From: Tetramitus jugosus
Lineage: Eukaryota; Protista; Heterolobosea
Assembly: GCA_937625935.1 (NCBI GenBank)
Contig: OW569363.1
Location: 248,001-312,000 of the forward strand
Direction: 5' to 3'
Length of the DNA stretch: 64,000 nt
This document shows positions 31,435 through 43,684 of the stretch, piece after piece. The translations under genes and the position numbers were made by a program. Position 1 is the first letter of the stretch; each line of letters begins with the position of its first letter. The notes under the pieces were generated by a model that was given only the letters and a program-made list of their open reading frames with translations, was not told the DNA's origin and did no database searches.

Positions 31435-32454
31435 ATGGCAACCTACGGAACAAACAACAACAATAACCCATATGAAACAGATGCTGATCCATATGACTAT
31501 GACTATCAACCGTTTGAACGAATTCCAATCAACAATGCACAAGTGTCTGGTGAGATGAATCATCCATCGAGACCCTCTCTCCCGACTCCACCTGCTCAAA
31601 ACATGTCAAGAGTCAACTCTCCTCCATTGTCCAACAACAATAACAATATCAACAATAACAATGGTGGTGGTGGTACTGTTGTGGATGAATCACTCCGATT
31701 AAAAGCAATGGAACTCGCTAGAAGAGAAGCAGAGTTGGAGAGAAGAGAACGAGACTTGATGGACATGGGTGAGCTCGGACCAAGAAAACCAAAGAACAAT
31801 TGGCCCATTTGCTACCCATTCCTCTATCATCACATCTCTGCAGAGATACCCGCTGGATTGAGAAGAACAGCCACCTACATGGGATATCTGGGATGGATGA
31901 TGATCTCGTTGGCACTCGTGTTGAACTTTGCAGGCAGTTTGTTGACTTGCTTCTCAAAGGCTGGTGACAAGGCTGGTATTGAGAGAGTGATTGAAAAGGT
32001 CAAGTTTATGTTGTTTGCAGGCTTGTTTGTCATTATTGGAATCCCATGTCACTTTATTCTGAGCTATTGGCCATTGTATCAAGCCATGAGAACAGTCAAC
32101 ATTGGTCGATTTACTCTCTTCTTTGTCGGTTATGCCATTCCTATTGTGTTTTGTGCATTCTGTATCAGTGGATGGTCCGACTATGGTCCATGTGGTGTCA
32201 TTGTTGCCATTCTGTACTTTCCTACTGGATCTCAGGGCAATGTTGCTGCTTTTGTCTACAATTTGGTCATGGGTTGCATCTGGGCGTTCCTCGTTGCCTA
32301 CTTTGTCACCATTTTCATCATGGGAATCTTGGTGTTCCGCAGAGAGAATCACACCTTGGCCAAGGCTAGAGCCTATGCTCAAAACAGTATCATGTCACGT
32401 GTGACTACTGCCGCTGTCAACAATGCATTCTCTGCCAATGGTGACGAGCAATAA
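31435..32454 (+). CDS. SCAMP: Secretory carrier membrane protein (SCAMP)
   Basis: Coiled coil ELARREAELERRE, then NNWPICYPFLYHHISAEIP, four TM segments and an E-peptide-like SYWPLYQAMR. Confidence 0.9.
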   Translation: MATYGTNNNNNPYETDADPYDYDYQPFERIPINNAQVSGEMNHPSRPSLPTPPAQNMSRVNSPPLSNNNNNINNNNGGGGTVVDESLRLKAMELARREAELERRERDLMDMGELGPRKPKNNWPICYPFLYHHISAEIPAGLRRTATYMGYLGWMMISLALVLNFAGSLLTCFSKAGDKAGIERVIEKVKFMLFAGLFVIIGIPCHFILSYWPLYQAMRTVNIGRFTLFFVGYAIPIVFCAFCISGWSDYGPCGVIVAILYFPTGSQGNVAAFVYNLVMGCIWAFLVAYFVTIFIMGILVFRRENHTLAKARAYAQNSIMSRVTTAAVNNAFSANGDEQ

Positions 32455-32703
32455 GTGAGTGATGGGTGCATTATTGTTGTCCTCACAGTCATTATCCGTC
32501 AGAATGGTGGAGCATATGTTCAGAGTTCTCGCTCATGGCATTATACAAATGGTTTATACATACGACACATGCAGCTGTGTACTGTCTGCATCTTTTTATC
32601 AGAAAACAAACATTTATTCAACACTAGTAAACATGTTAAACAATTTCTATCGTTCATGTATCTTGTGCGCGTGCCACGAATCGTTGTTGTTTGTATTGTT
32701 ATC

Positions 32704-35700
32704 TTACAGTTCTTCAGGAATAAAATTACGTTCATTCTTGAGTCGTTCGAGCATAGTCCTTGGATCGTACTTGTTCAGGCCCCATAATCTATCATTCTCC
32801 TCTTCCAATCTTCTTCGTTCTTCAGCATCAACAATATCACTGAATTCACTCATGGTGGAGGATGTGATGTCACTAGGCGTTTCAGAATTTGTTGGAGGGT
32901 CTTCACTGAATGACATCTCGTTCACTTCCAAATACAAATGACTAGTTTTTGTAGGGTCATGCGCATTGATCTTCTTGATCCGATCAGCTTCCTTGGCCAA
33001 TGTTTCATTTCGTGCTTTCTGCTTTCTAACCATTGCCATTCTCTTGTTGAGCTGTTGCGTTGCTTCTTGAATATTTAAGTATCTTTCAATTCTACCTCTA
33101 ATGTCTTCGTATTGAGATAGTTTATCTTCTCGAAGCACATCTCTTTCTTTGTTTTCTCCTTCCAGTTTCTTCCTCTCTTCTTGAATTTTTGTTTCTTCCA
33201 GTGTTCTTATTCTCTCAGACAAGTGGTTTATCTTCTCTCTAGTTAGTAGTTCGAACAATTGTCTGAATTCAACTCTGGTTTCTTCACCGGAAGAGACAAC
33301 ACGCTCTATCATTCTCGAGTCAGACTGACAAATATCCTCATCCGTTTGGACAATCTTCTCACCATTTATGTTGTTTGCACACATCTCATATGGATCTGAA
33401 GTCGTCACTATGCATTGATTAGCACTATAATCTGTGTTTGTTCTTATAGAATCCAAGCATCCATCCCTTTCTCGAATAGAAGAATCGATGTCAGTTGTTG
33501 ATTCAGCAGAAGAACTAGTTTCGTGATCAATATTTTCATCATTCTCGTCTGTCATACTCTCTCCAACATCAGGTAACCTAGATATATGGAATCTAGGCTC
33601 CTGTACCAAATGAAGAATAGGAGCAGGCACTTGATGTCTTTCGTCAACTAAGTACTGAATTCCGCCAATACCTCCACTGAAGGTTCCATTCGTGAGGTTT
33701 AGTTTGGACATTGCCCTGCTCCTAGTTCGGAAAATGTCCATATCTTGTCTGAAGGAGTCCGATATTCTCGATTCTGTTTCTTTGCTTAGAGTACCCACGT
33801 TCAACCGCAAGAAATGAATTAACGATAACAGTCTTTGTTCTTTGAATGTTGACTGAGTAGCGAGATCCCACTCTAACTCTAGAGCAGCCAATAACCTGTC
33901 CAACTGTGCCTCGACATTGGAAGTGTCCCAAGGTTCTTCGGCTTCGGAGGAGCTTCCAACCAAGATGTTCTCCATTCTATGTCCGATTGTTGATGCACGT
34001 TCATCTCGCACATAAGCGCTATGCGCAAACCTAGCTTGAAGGTCTCTGAGTTTTTGATTATAGATGGTTCGGGCAATATCTGGCTCAGCGTGCGATTCTG
34101 CATAGTTTTGTATCTCGTTAGTCCATTGGTCCCAAATGTCGTCCAATTCCTCCTTGTACTTCGTTAAAATGAGATGCGGAAGCTCGATTCGGTTATCTTC
34201 GTTGAGGTAGGTTCTTAAGAAAGCAGTGGTCTCTACTAAATGACTCTCATTCACTTCTTTTTGTTGTAGCAGTTTCTTCATATGTTCCAGTTTTGTTGCT
34301 AGTTTCTTCATCAAATGTCCATTATCGTTTTGTTTAGTTTCTAATTCTAAGCTTATCATTTGGAGTAACTGATTATTGATGACCCTTGCATCCTCATTCG
34401 TTATTATTGAAGCTAGCCTCTTATTTTGCTCAATGTGAGTTCTCTTTTTAAATTTCGAATGATCTTTCCGTAGTTGAATGGTAGTTTCCTTCAATTCCTT
34501 TATCCTATTCTTCAAGATTTCAATTGCGTTCGTTCTCAATTCTAATTCTTCTCTCAATAACTCAACTCTCTCTGTTCTTATACGCGCTTTCTCCTCTTCC
34601 AAATCTGTTTCTTGCTTGCTTGTTGTGTGGATGCTTTGTTGTCTCTCCAGTTCGGGCTCTATATTGGTTTTTAGGTCATCCTGGATTTCTTCCGATTTCT
34701 TTTCAAGTTCAACACTCTCCTGATTAAGTAAATTCGTTCTGTTTTCTATTGCGGTTAATGATACAGGGTTCAAATCATCGCCAAATAGTCTTCTCTCCTC
34801 CTCTGTAATCTTTCTTCTCTTTTCTTCAAGACCTTCAATAATGGTTCTTGTGGCTCTCAAGGAATTCCTGTCATGATCCATTTGCTGCTTCAATTGTTCG
34901 GATAACCTTGTGAACGTTGCTAAATTTCTCTTCATATTCTTTTCGTGGTTCGCAATCAGTGTTCGAATCTTATCATTTTCTACATCGATTATTCCAATAT
35001 CAGTCTCGTATGCTTCCACGTCACATTCAAGCAGATCTGCAATCTCATCAGTGGAGAGCTGCAACACAGATTTGGCATGGTTGAGCCGTTGTATTTTCGC
35101 CAGGTGGTTGTCATGAAGCTTCTTATTGTAGTGCTCAGTAACTTCTTCCTGTCTTTGCTGTATAATCGCTTCCATTGTAGAGTGATATATTTTGGGAGCA
35201 TCTTCGTGTGATTTCTCCATTGCTTTCCTTCGAGACTCTAACGAACCTTGCAGATACTCTTCCACCTGTTGTTTTGTTTCCTCTTCTTCCTTTTCTATAG
35301 GTACTCGAGTGAAGGTTTCAAAGTGATTGACAAAGTGATCATTCACAAGGTGTCTCTCATTTTCAACCTTCTCGGCCACCCACATTCTCTGCTTCGTTTT
35401 AACAACCTCCTTCACTTGTTCGTGGGTTATATTACATTGAGGCTTCCTCTTCAATTCGGTTGCAATCTTGCTCACCTGCTCCTTCACCTCAATTTCAGTC
35501 AGCTTCCTGATGAGATCAACCTTGCGCTGATAAATGTCATAAGAGGCATTTTGCAGTAGTGTTAGTTTCTCTTGTGTAGCTCGTTCTCTTTCCTTCTCTA
35601 ACAAGTACAGTTGATTCAATCGTTCCTTCTTCTTTTTTAAGCTCTCTTGTCGAATCAGTTGAACCTCCTTGTCAATCTTGTCATCCAAATGTTTCTTTAA

Positions 35701-35907
35701 TTTGTCTTGTTTCTTCTGTTCAGTTCTCCTCAAGAGTGCCAATGCAGCTTCTCGTTTCTCCTGCTCGGCCAACCTTTTGGCATCAGTTAGTTTGCTTGTT
35801 CTCCTGTTGATTGCCTTTTTGATCTCTGGTGTTCGAGTGGAAGACTCGACTTGTGAGCTCCTGTTTCCACTCGATGAGCCTGGAGAGTCTGGATGAGTTT
35901 TGGTCAT
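32704..35907 (-). CDS. Large coiled-coil hypothetical protein (1067 aa)
   Basis: Long uninterrupted ATG-started ORF with E/K/R/L-rich heptads. Family not recognised. Confidence 0.8.
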   Translation of the reverse strand: MTKTHPDSPGSSSGNRSSQVESSTRTPEIKKAINRRTSKLTDAKRLAEQEKREAALALLRRTEQKKQDKLKKHLDDKIDKEVQLIRQESLKKKKERLNQLYLLEKERERATQEKLTLLQNASYDIYQRKVDLIRKLTEIEVKEQVSKIATELKRKPQCNITHEQVKEVVKTKQRMWVAEKVENERHLVNDHFVNHFETFTRVPIEKEEEETKQQVEEYLQGSLESRRKAMEKSHEDAPKIYHSTMEAIIQQRQEEVTEHYNKKLHDNHLAKIQRLNHAKSVLQLSTDEIADLLECDVEAYETDIGIIDVENDKIRTLIANHEKNMKRNLATFTRLSEQLKQQMDHDRNSLRATRTIIEGLEEKRRKITEEERRLFGDDLNPVSLTAIENRTNLLNQESVELEKKSEEIQDDLKTNIEPELERQQSIHTTSKQETDLEEEKARIRTERVELLREELELRTNAIEILKNRIKELKETTIQLRKDHSKFKKRTHIEQNKRLASIITNEDARVINNQLLQMISLELETKQNDNGHLMKKLATKLEHMKKLLQQKEVNESHLVETTAFLRTYLNEDNRIELPHLILTKYKEELDDIWDQWTNEIQNYAESHAEPDIARTIYNQKLRDLQARFAHSAYVRDERASTIGHRMENILVGSSSEAEEPWDTSNVEAQLDRLLAALELEWDLATQSTFKEQRLLSLIHFLRLNVGTLSKETESRISDSFRQDMDIFRTRSRAMSKLNLTNGTFSGGIGGIQYLVDERHQVPAPILHLVQEPRFHISRLPDVGESMTDENDENIDHETSSSAESTTDIDSSIRERDGCLDSIRTNTDYSANQCIVTTSDPYEMCANNINGEKIVQTDEDICQSDSRMIERVVSSGEETRVEFRQLFELLTREKINHLSERIRTLEETKIQEERKKLEGENKERDVLREDKLSQYEDIRGRIERYLNIQEATQQLNKRMAMVRKQKARNETLAKEADRIKKINAHDPTKTSHLYLEVNEMSFSEDPPTNSETPSDITSSTMSEFSDIVDAEERRRLEEENDRLWGLNKYDPRTMLERLKNERNFIPEEL

Positions 35908-36390
35908 TGAACAGCTGTGTTATCCTTATTGTGTTGAAAGATTGGGAGAGTAAGCAATGTGAGTTTTTGTTAACGTTCAGCAAGAAGGAAAATTCTGGGC
36001 GCTGTAGATCGATTCTTCTCCGACTGTCCGCGGTCCGCGAGTGATGGAAAATGATTCCCATGGCCATGATTTCAAGATGACACTGCAGAACCCATGAAAA
36101 CACCAACCCAAATGACAGTCACCCTTCGTGACAGCCAATATGATGATTTGCATCACTTGGTTTCGTTCGTCCTGATTACCTCTTGCTTATTTGACCTCTT
36201 CCTGCCCAGCTCTCTTTTATCGGGGATAACTGTCGATTGTTGACGTGTGACACCACTTTCAAAAAAAAAAACCCAAAACAACAACAAGAGCAACATCCAC
36301 GCACAAACACCATCATCAAACAAATTTTTATTTCAATCATCAGCATCATCATTATCACACTCGTGCCATATATCATCTTGTTTTTTTCTG

Positions 36391-39300
36391 ATGACAACAA
36401 ACAATAACAATCCATCACCTCCAACAACATCACTGCCCATCTCAATCGCCGCTCGAAAATCCATTCGCTTCAACAGCAGTACGAGTCAAGAAAAACAACA
36501 ACACAATAGTGCACCTAGTTCACCCACTCATTCATCTCTACCGAGTGCTAGAACATCCAGTGATAGAAGAAGAGCATACACTGTTCATCATGGCAATAAC
36601 AACAATAACAACAACAACAACAATAATCAAACAGGTGAGACAACAGTGTTAGAGATCAAGAATGAAATGTTCAATAATAGTATGAATGGTGGTGGTGGTG
36701 GAGATGGTAGTCGATTGATATCCGTGTTGAATTGTAGTCAAGTCATTGATGATAGTTGCTTGTTCATGTATCGTTATTTGAGTAAGCCATTTGCAGAGAA
36801 TTGTACACTAAAGAAACAGAGTCACAACAAAGCTATCATCACAGAGGATCAAGTCCTGGAGTCAACTGAAGACTTGAAATGTAACAATATCAACCATAAC
36901 AATAACAATATCAACAATAACAACAACAATACTAGTACCACCAATAGCGATAGTCAGAGCAGCACTGATGAAAGCAACAACAATAACAACACTCACAGTA
37001 GTAGTACCACTACTGAACAACAAGTCTCGGAAACAACAACAACTACAACAACAACAACAATAACAACAGAACCAGTTGTTGAAGAATCCCTATCTTTATC
37101 AGAGAAATTATTGAGAGAGAGAGTAGTGCAATTGGAGAGAGAGTTGAGAGAGGAGAGAGAAACGAGAGAAGAGTTGGCATCCATGTGGAAATCACAGAGA
37201 GAAGAAAATCAATTGTTGAATGATCAGATTACCAAATTGAAACGTATGATGATATATACCTTACTACTACTACTACATTGTTTTTTTTTGTTTGTTTGTT
37301 GTGTTTGTTGTGTATTCCTTTGAGTGATGATATTGACACTGCTTGTGTATGGTGTAATTGAACAAACAGATGAATTGGATTATTACAAGTTGTGTGGAGA
37401 GATGGCAGAGTCACCTACACCTACACCAAGAACACCCAGAACACCATTTGGTCCTCTTTTATCATCATCTACATCATCTACGTCCTCTATTTCTACTACC
37501 ACTGCTTCTGCTGCTTCTTCTGCTACTGCTACTGCTACTACTACTACCAATGCCAATGGTGATACACTTGTTGTTGATACATTATCCAATAACAATAACA
37601 ACAATAATAGTGGCGAAGATGATGGTCTCACGACACCACTGTCAGCATCCCCCACCACAAAGAACAACAATACGAATCGACCGACAACGAGAAATCATAG
37701 ACACAGCAGAAGTGGTAGTGTCATTCGTTCTCAATTGTTCAATGCCATTGCTCATTCCAACAACAACAACAACAATAGTAATGATTCTACAACAACAACA
37801 ACAACATCACTCACTCCACGTATTCACACTGCCAACACCAATCGATTCAGAGATTTGACACCGACTCATCTCAGAAGACAACCTGATTTTGACAATGATT
37901 TGATTGCTAGTCCTTCGACACCTGGTAGTTCTCGTGGTTCACTCATCATTGAATCATCATCTTCCAATACTACAACAGCAACTACAAGTGATGCAACAGT
38001 AGAGCAAGGAGAAGAGACAATTGTAGCATCTCAACAACAACAACAACAACAACCATCATCATCATTGAATCAAGGTACAAACAGTAGTAGTAGTGGTGTT
38101 GTTCGTGGCAAAGTAGTGATACCACCATTGATGCATTCCTTGTTGCCTCCACCTGTTCCACCTACCAAACCTATTCTGACACCGAGATTGACTGCACTCT
38201 CTCTGTCATCACCATCATCCTCTGCTCCATCTTCACCATTGCCATCCTCATCATTCTCTGCACCATCTTCACCACTCGCATCACCAAGGAGTCGCAACCG
38301 TAGTCATCGCAACAATAGCAGTAATGCGAATAGCAACAACAATATGATGACTACTACTGCTACAAGTGGTGGTGAAGATGATCGTACGATGATCATGAAT
38401 CATTTGAAGCAACAAGATGACAATATATTGAATATTTTGTCTCGAGAGTTCAATCAGGGCAGCATGTGTGCGCTCACAGGAGCCACGACTACTACTACTA
38501 CCACCAATGCAACAGCGCCCTCTGCTGTTCTCCCAAGTGTAGTAGGTGCTGCTTCTTCTGGTGTGACTCCTGTGATGAGTGATACGAACAGTGAGATTAT
38601 ATCTGCGATTCACAGCGCCATATCCACTGAGCTCAATCATCAGTTGAACACTGCAAGTAGTGCCAGTACGTCTACTACTCACAAGCATCACAACAATCGT
38701 AGTAGTACTCATGTGAATAACAGCAACAATCGATCCATGGCAAATGGAAACATTCTCAACAAGGGTGTAACTGCTGCTACTGCCACTACTACGCCGAACA
38801 TGCCAACCACATCAACTGCAGAGTCAATGACTGAGAATGACGTTGCAGAGGATGTGTACAGTGATGATGATGATGTGTTGGGAGAGGAGGATGACAAGTA
38901 TGATGATGATGATGACACAATGGTTGATCACGAGTACAATGAAGAAGACATGGGTGATGAAGATCATCCTTCGTTGACTTCCTCTTCTCTGTCATCTTCA
39001 TCCATCACATCTCCACTCTCATCCAGGACTGCTGCAACGAATACGACTACTGCTACAACAAACATGATGCCAATGACAGATAATCCATCTCTGCTGAAGC
39101 ATTATGCCGTCTTGAATCGATGTGTTCAATTGTTCAACAGTCATCCATCACGGGGACCAATCCAAGCATTGGACTACTTGAATCAACACTATGAATATAG
39201 TAGCAGCAGCAACAATACTAGTGGTGATGGTAGTGGAGCTGGATTGAGTGCTGGAGCACTGTTCCTCGCACGTCTTCAATCACTCAACAAGATTACGCTG

Positions 39301-40776
39301 GGCACGTTCTTGACACTGGAGAAGAATGAGTCATTGTTGAATGATTTCAGTATGGCTGCCATGTCTGACCCTCTCTTCCGCAACAAGGGATTCGAATACT
39401 GTCTCAGAAACTTTTTCATGTTGTTCAAGTTGCCAATCGAAGGTCAGTATGTCACACGTGCAGCCACTGCATTTGCCAATGCATACACAAAGATTGTGAG
39501 TGAGAAACAGCAGAACAGTCCTATTGGAACAGATCCTGATCAATGTCTATTGTTGGTCTGTGGTCTGTTCATGGTCAACTCTGCTCACAAGAATCCAAAG
39601 GCTGTTCCAAGCATGTCCAAGGCACAATTTCTGAGCATGTTCCCTGAATCATCCATGGATCATCAATACCTGGGTGAGTTGTATGACAATATTCGAAAGA
39701 GAGCCATGGTGTTGGATTATCAGGCTCCTCCATCCAACACTACAGCATCTTCTACGTCTCAGGTGGATACTGTTGATGATCCTACGGGTAGTGACTCACT
39801 TGCCATCAAGAGACCATTTGAGTTCGAGTGGCACAGAAGTGTTGTCACAAGTGATACAACTGATCTCACGCCTGTCATCATTCGTGACATCTATCCAAAG
39901 TGTCAACTGTTGAGCAATGGAACAGTTTTGGACAGTACGCCCAACACACCTCGCATCGAACTGTCTGATGGCATCTTGTACAATCGATCAGTTCTGCGTC
40001 ATGTTATTGAATCAAAGTTCTACCTGATCACATACAATGTTCATGACCTACGATCATTCTACATTGCACAACACATTCTCCATCTCATTAGTTACTATAG
40101 ACGTGTGTATGAATCAGAGGTACTCTCTGCATCAGATGCGCAACTCTTGCAACAACTATACGAGAGTAACAACAGTAGCAGCAGCAGCAGCAGCAGCGGT
40201 AACAACAGTGACAGTATTAGCAATGCCATCTTGGATGCATCGTACATGACCCATGACAGTCATCTCATGAGATACACTCCCTACATCCATAATCCAATAT
40301 TCCTGATTGGTCTGTACAATAAGAATTTGCCTCTCTCTGCTCGACAAGTACCAAACAGACAAGGTGTGCAGTTGGCACTGGCCAGCAGTGTGTCATTCTA
40401 CGAGTGTGAACTGAATGATCATGAGCAGATTGAACATGTAATGAATGAGGCTTATCGGGAACTGTATCGCATGGAGTTTGTCAACCCAGATGATCATGGC
40501 AACTACTATTCTGCCGGTGCAAGTAATGAGACGAACAACAACATTTCTGTCTCGCCATCAACCACCATGCATACACCTAGTAGTGCAACAAGCGGCAGTA
40601 CTCTCTACTCTGCATCTACACCATCGAGCGTAGGATCTAGCTCTGCCTCCACACCAACTTCCGCTACATCTGCCACGAGCAGCACGCACTCCCAAGGTAG
40701 TTCCACCAAATATATTCTTGATGGAAAAAAGATTTCTCTGGATGAATTGTTAAACATGCCAAAGCTGTACTTTTGA
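36391..40776 (+). CDS. Sec7-domain Arf-GEF with coiled coil, long low-complexity regions and a C-terminal degenerate Ras-like domain; exons 36391-37243 and 37370-40776
   Basis: LNKITLGTFL, FKLPIEGQYVTR (equivalent to FRLPGEAQKIDR), MVNSAHKNP and MSKAQF...LGELYDNIR. Phase-1 intron 37244-37369 (GTATGA...AACAG) gives LKHELDYY. Confidence 0.82.
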
Positions 40777-41397
40777 ACGTGTAAAGAGAAATCCAGAAAA
40801 TAAGGCAATCTAGTATTCTATTCTATTAATGAGCATTATGCCGAATACGATTGTTTCCTACGTCACGGGTCATGGACGATTTTCAATAAACAATTTCGGA
40901 TAAGAATCATCATGAAAAGAATAACTTGAAACTGTTTCTTCTGGTCTGGAACCGCTTGATATGTTTCGAACTTTCTCACTATTTCCCGAAGTGATTCTTT
41001 GGCATTTTCATCAGCCATTGGTACTACTTCCTTTCTCCTGAATAACAGCCACATTAGGCAACCTGATTGAGAGTACTTTTCTCATCATCCGTAAGAAAAT
41101 CGGAAAGATAATCTCTCACGTAGATGTGTAGATGGTACTTTGCGAAGGGTTCCCTGGAGAATATATGAAGTTTGTTGATAATCAAAGATGTGTTTCAGGA
41201 GCAGAGCCTAACATCAAGAGTGGGTAATTCTTGAGGCATAATGATGTCCCACAATGATAGGGGAATATTGTAATCAGTTCCATCTGGGAACTCTTCAACG
41301 AAAATGTGTATTTGACAAGAACGAGGTGACGAACATTAATATTTCTATTTACATATTTTGGATTCCATTCTTGAAGATGGTCCGGTGCCATTTACAT

Positions 41398-42846
41398 CTA
41401 GGTGTATCTCACAACAAATATTGTCCTATTTGCAATGGAGGCGAGTTCGAAAGAATCGAGTGTGAGAGTTGGAGAGAAGTAACCAGTCGCCCACAAGTTG
41501 TCATTCTCGAAGAAGAGGGTATCACCGACAGAAACACCCGTACCATTGATGAGGCCCAAGAAATTTCCATCAACATCAAACTTGGCCACATAGTATTGAT
41601 CGGAGCCATCATTCCTATAGGTCACTCCCTCGAACGTTATATTATCGTTGTACGTTCCAATTGTGTAACAAGAGCCAGTTTGATTGTTGCATGCCAAGTC
41701 ATTTACATCATCATTCACATCTCCTCTTGTTGTTCTGAACACCACAATGTTTCCTTTCGATGAATACTTGACAAGGAAGGAGCCTGTTCCCGGTACTTCA
41801 GTTCGTTCATTGTCCGATCTCAGGAGGAAATTATCAAATGGAGCAGCAAATGTGCAAGTTCTCCTATTGTCAATCGCTACGCCATATGGAGTGGAACCGT
41901 TGGTTAAGAATCGATCAAACCACACTTGTGTGCCATTGGTGTTCAATTGTTGGAAATAGATGGATTGGAAGGGATCAGGGGAATTAAAGGTAACATTGCC
42001 AATAGTTACTGTCTCACTTGAGCGACCTATAATGCACGAGTATCCATTCCAATTCGTAGCAATTCCAAATACTTCGGTTGAGCCAACGCCTCCAAACACT
42101 TGAGCATCCAAGTAGGTTCTGTTGAATGATTTGATGTAGTATGCACTGGAAAAGCTATTGGGTGACTCCAGAACCCAGTTGTCTCCCAGTGTGATTGTTC
42201 CATTGAAGTTGCCTACGAGATACAAGTTGTTCTCACCGTCTCCACCAAGTGCAATAACATCAGTGTAGTCGCCAATTGATCCCAATACATGCAGAGAATA
42301 ATCGAACGCAGTTCCATTGGCGTGATACTTGACAAAGAAGCCCCTTGTTGTTTCAATGTTGTCATTGCTTTCAGGAATGTTCTTCAGGTCAGAATCTGGG
42401 AACTGATCAGCGAATTCACCTGTGAAATTGCCGGTGAATGAACCAGACACGTAGAATCCATCTGGAAAGACTTGAAGTCCATAACAGAAGACATCTCCTG
42501 TTGCGTTGAAAGTTATCACATACTTTTCTGTTCCATTGGGATACAATGCGAGCACATAACCAGAATAGATGGTCAAATCCGTGTACACTGTAATGTCACC
42601 GAAAGGAATTTTTCCACCACTCATGAAACCACAGACATAGGAAGTGTTGTCAGGTGCGACGGCAATTTTGAAACTCTCGACATATGTGCCTTCGATTCCA
42701 GATTCATTCTTTGGCTCCTGAATGGCCCAGAGTGCTCTTCCTTCAATCACAGAATCAGTCCATGCATCAGACATCCAGGGAAGACTAAGGCAAATTCCAA
42801 TAATGAACAAAGTACTCAGTAATAGCAATGGCTTATGGTGTGTCAT
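41398..42846 (-). CDS. Secreted beta-propeller glycoprotein with SBBP-like repeats
   Basis: Hydrophobic signal peptide. Repeated blade motifs such as DGENNLYLVGNFNGTITLG, GFYVSGSFTG and YVAKFDVDGNF. Many NxS/T sequons. Confidence 0.7.
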   Translation of the reverse strand: MTHHKPLLLLSTLFIIGICLSLPWMSDAWTDSVIEGRALWAIQEPKNESGIEGTYVESFKIAVAPDNTSYVCGFMSGGKIPFGDITVYTDLTIYSGYVLALYPNGTEKYVITFNATGDVFCYGLQVFPDGFYVSGSFTGNFTGEFADQFPDSDLKNIPESNDNIETTRGFFVKYHANGTAFDYSLHVLGSIGDYTDVIALGGDGENNLYLVGNFNGTITLGDNWVLESPNSFSSAYYIKSFNRTYLDAQVFGGVGSTEVFGIATNWNGYSCIIGRSSETVTIGNVTFNSPDPFQSIYFQQLNTNGTQVWFDRFLTNGSTPYGVAIDNRRTCTFAAPFDNFLLRSDNERTEVPGTGSFLVKYSSKGNIVVFRTTRGDVNDDVNDLACNNQTGSCYTIGTYNDNITFEGVTYRNDGSDQYYVAKFDVDGNFLGLINGTGVSVGDTLFFENDNLWATGYFSPTLTLDSFELASIANRTIFVVRYT

Positions 42847-43167
42847 GGCAACAATATGTTATTGGTTGTTGTTGTTGTTGTAAGTCAATTACTTATGACC
42901 TGTCTGTCCCAACAAACGAGCTCGAACTTTTATGTGATGGATTCGGCAGACAGGACCCAACTGAGAAGAAAGGATCAAACACTGCGAAACACCTTTTGAG
43001 ATCAGAAAGGTACAAGATCAAGATCAATTTTGATTCTCCTTTTCTTTTGAAAGAGCCTTCACATAAAATTGATCTCCGCGACATCTGTTCTGGTTCTCTT
43101 TGGGTACTATCGGAGGTTTGTTTGTTTTTAGCAACAACTCTGCTGTGTTTTTCACTCGCAAACAATC

Positions 43168-43587
43168 ATGAACAGAAACGACAATATCATGCCTCCCGAT
43201 CGAACAGACAACAACAACAACAATAAGAAGAGGAAGAGAATAATAGCAGCACCACAGGACAGCAATTGTCTTCGATGGAGAAATGGAAAAAAGGTGCACA
43301 AGGGATGTCGCAACGATCACTTTACTCACAATGGATACAAAATACCACTCTTGTACCCAAGTGCTCCTCACATGACTGCTGCTGCTACTACTACTACGAC
43401 TACTACTACAACTATCAATCAACATCAACATCAACAACAACAACAACTATTTGACTATCTTGTAATTGATAAACCATGTGATATTGTATTGAATGTAGAT
43501 GGGAAGCGCAATGTACAAGAACACTCTGAATGGAATGTCATTGACTTGTTGAAGAGAGATTATTCTCATCTATTCTTAAAAGTGCCT

Positions 43588-43618
<31 letters not shown>

Positions 43619-43653
43619 TGTCAGAAGAACAACAAGAACAATCCAAACAATAT

Positions 43654-43684
<31 letters not shown>

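Noticed and set aside
40800-41395. Possible gene or pseudogene remnant between the Sec7 and propeller genes
   Set aside because: Only short ORFs in different frames, with no recognisable motif or convincing splice path. A translated search would be needed.
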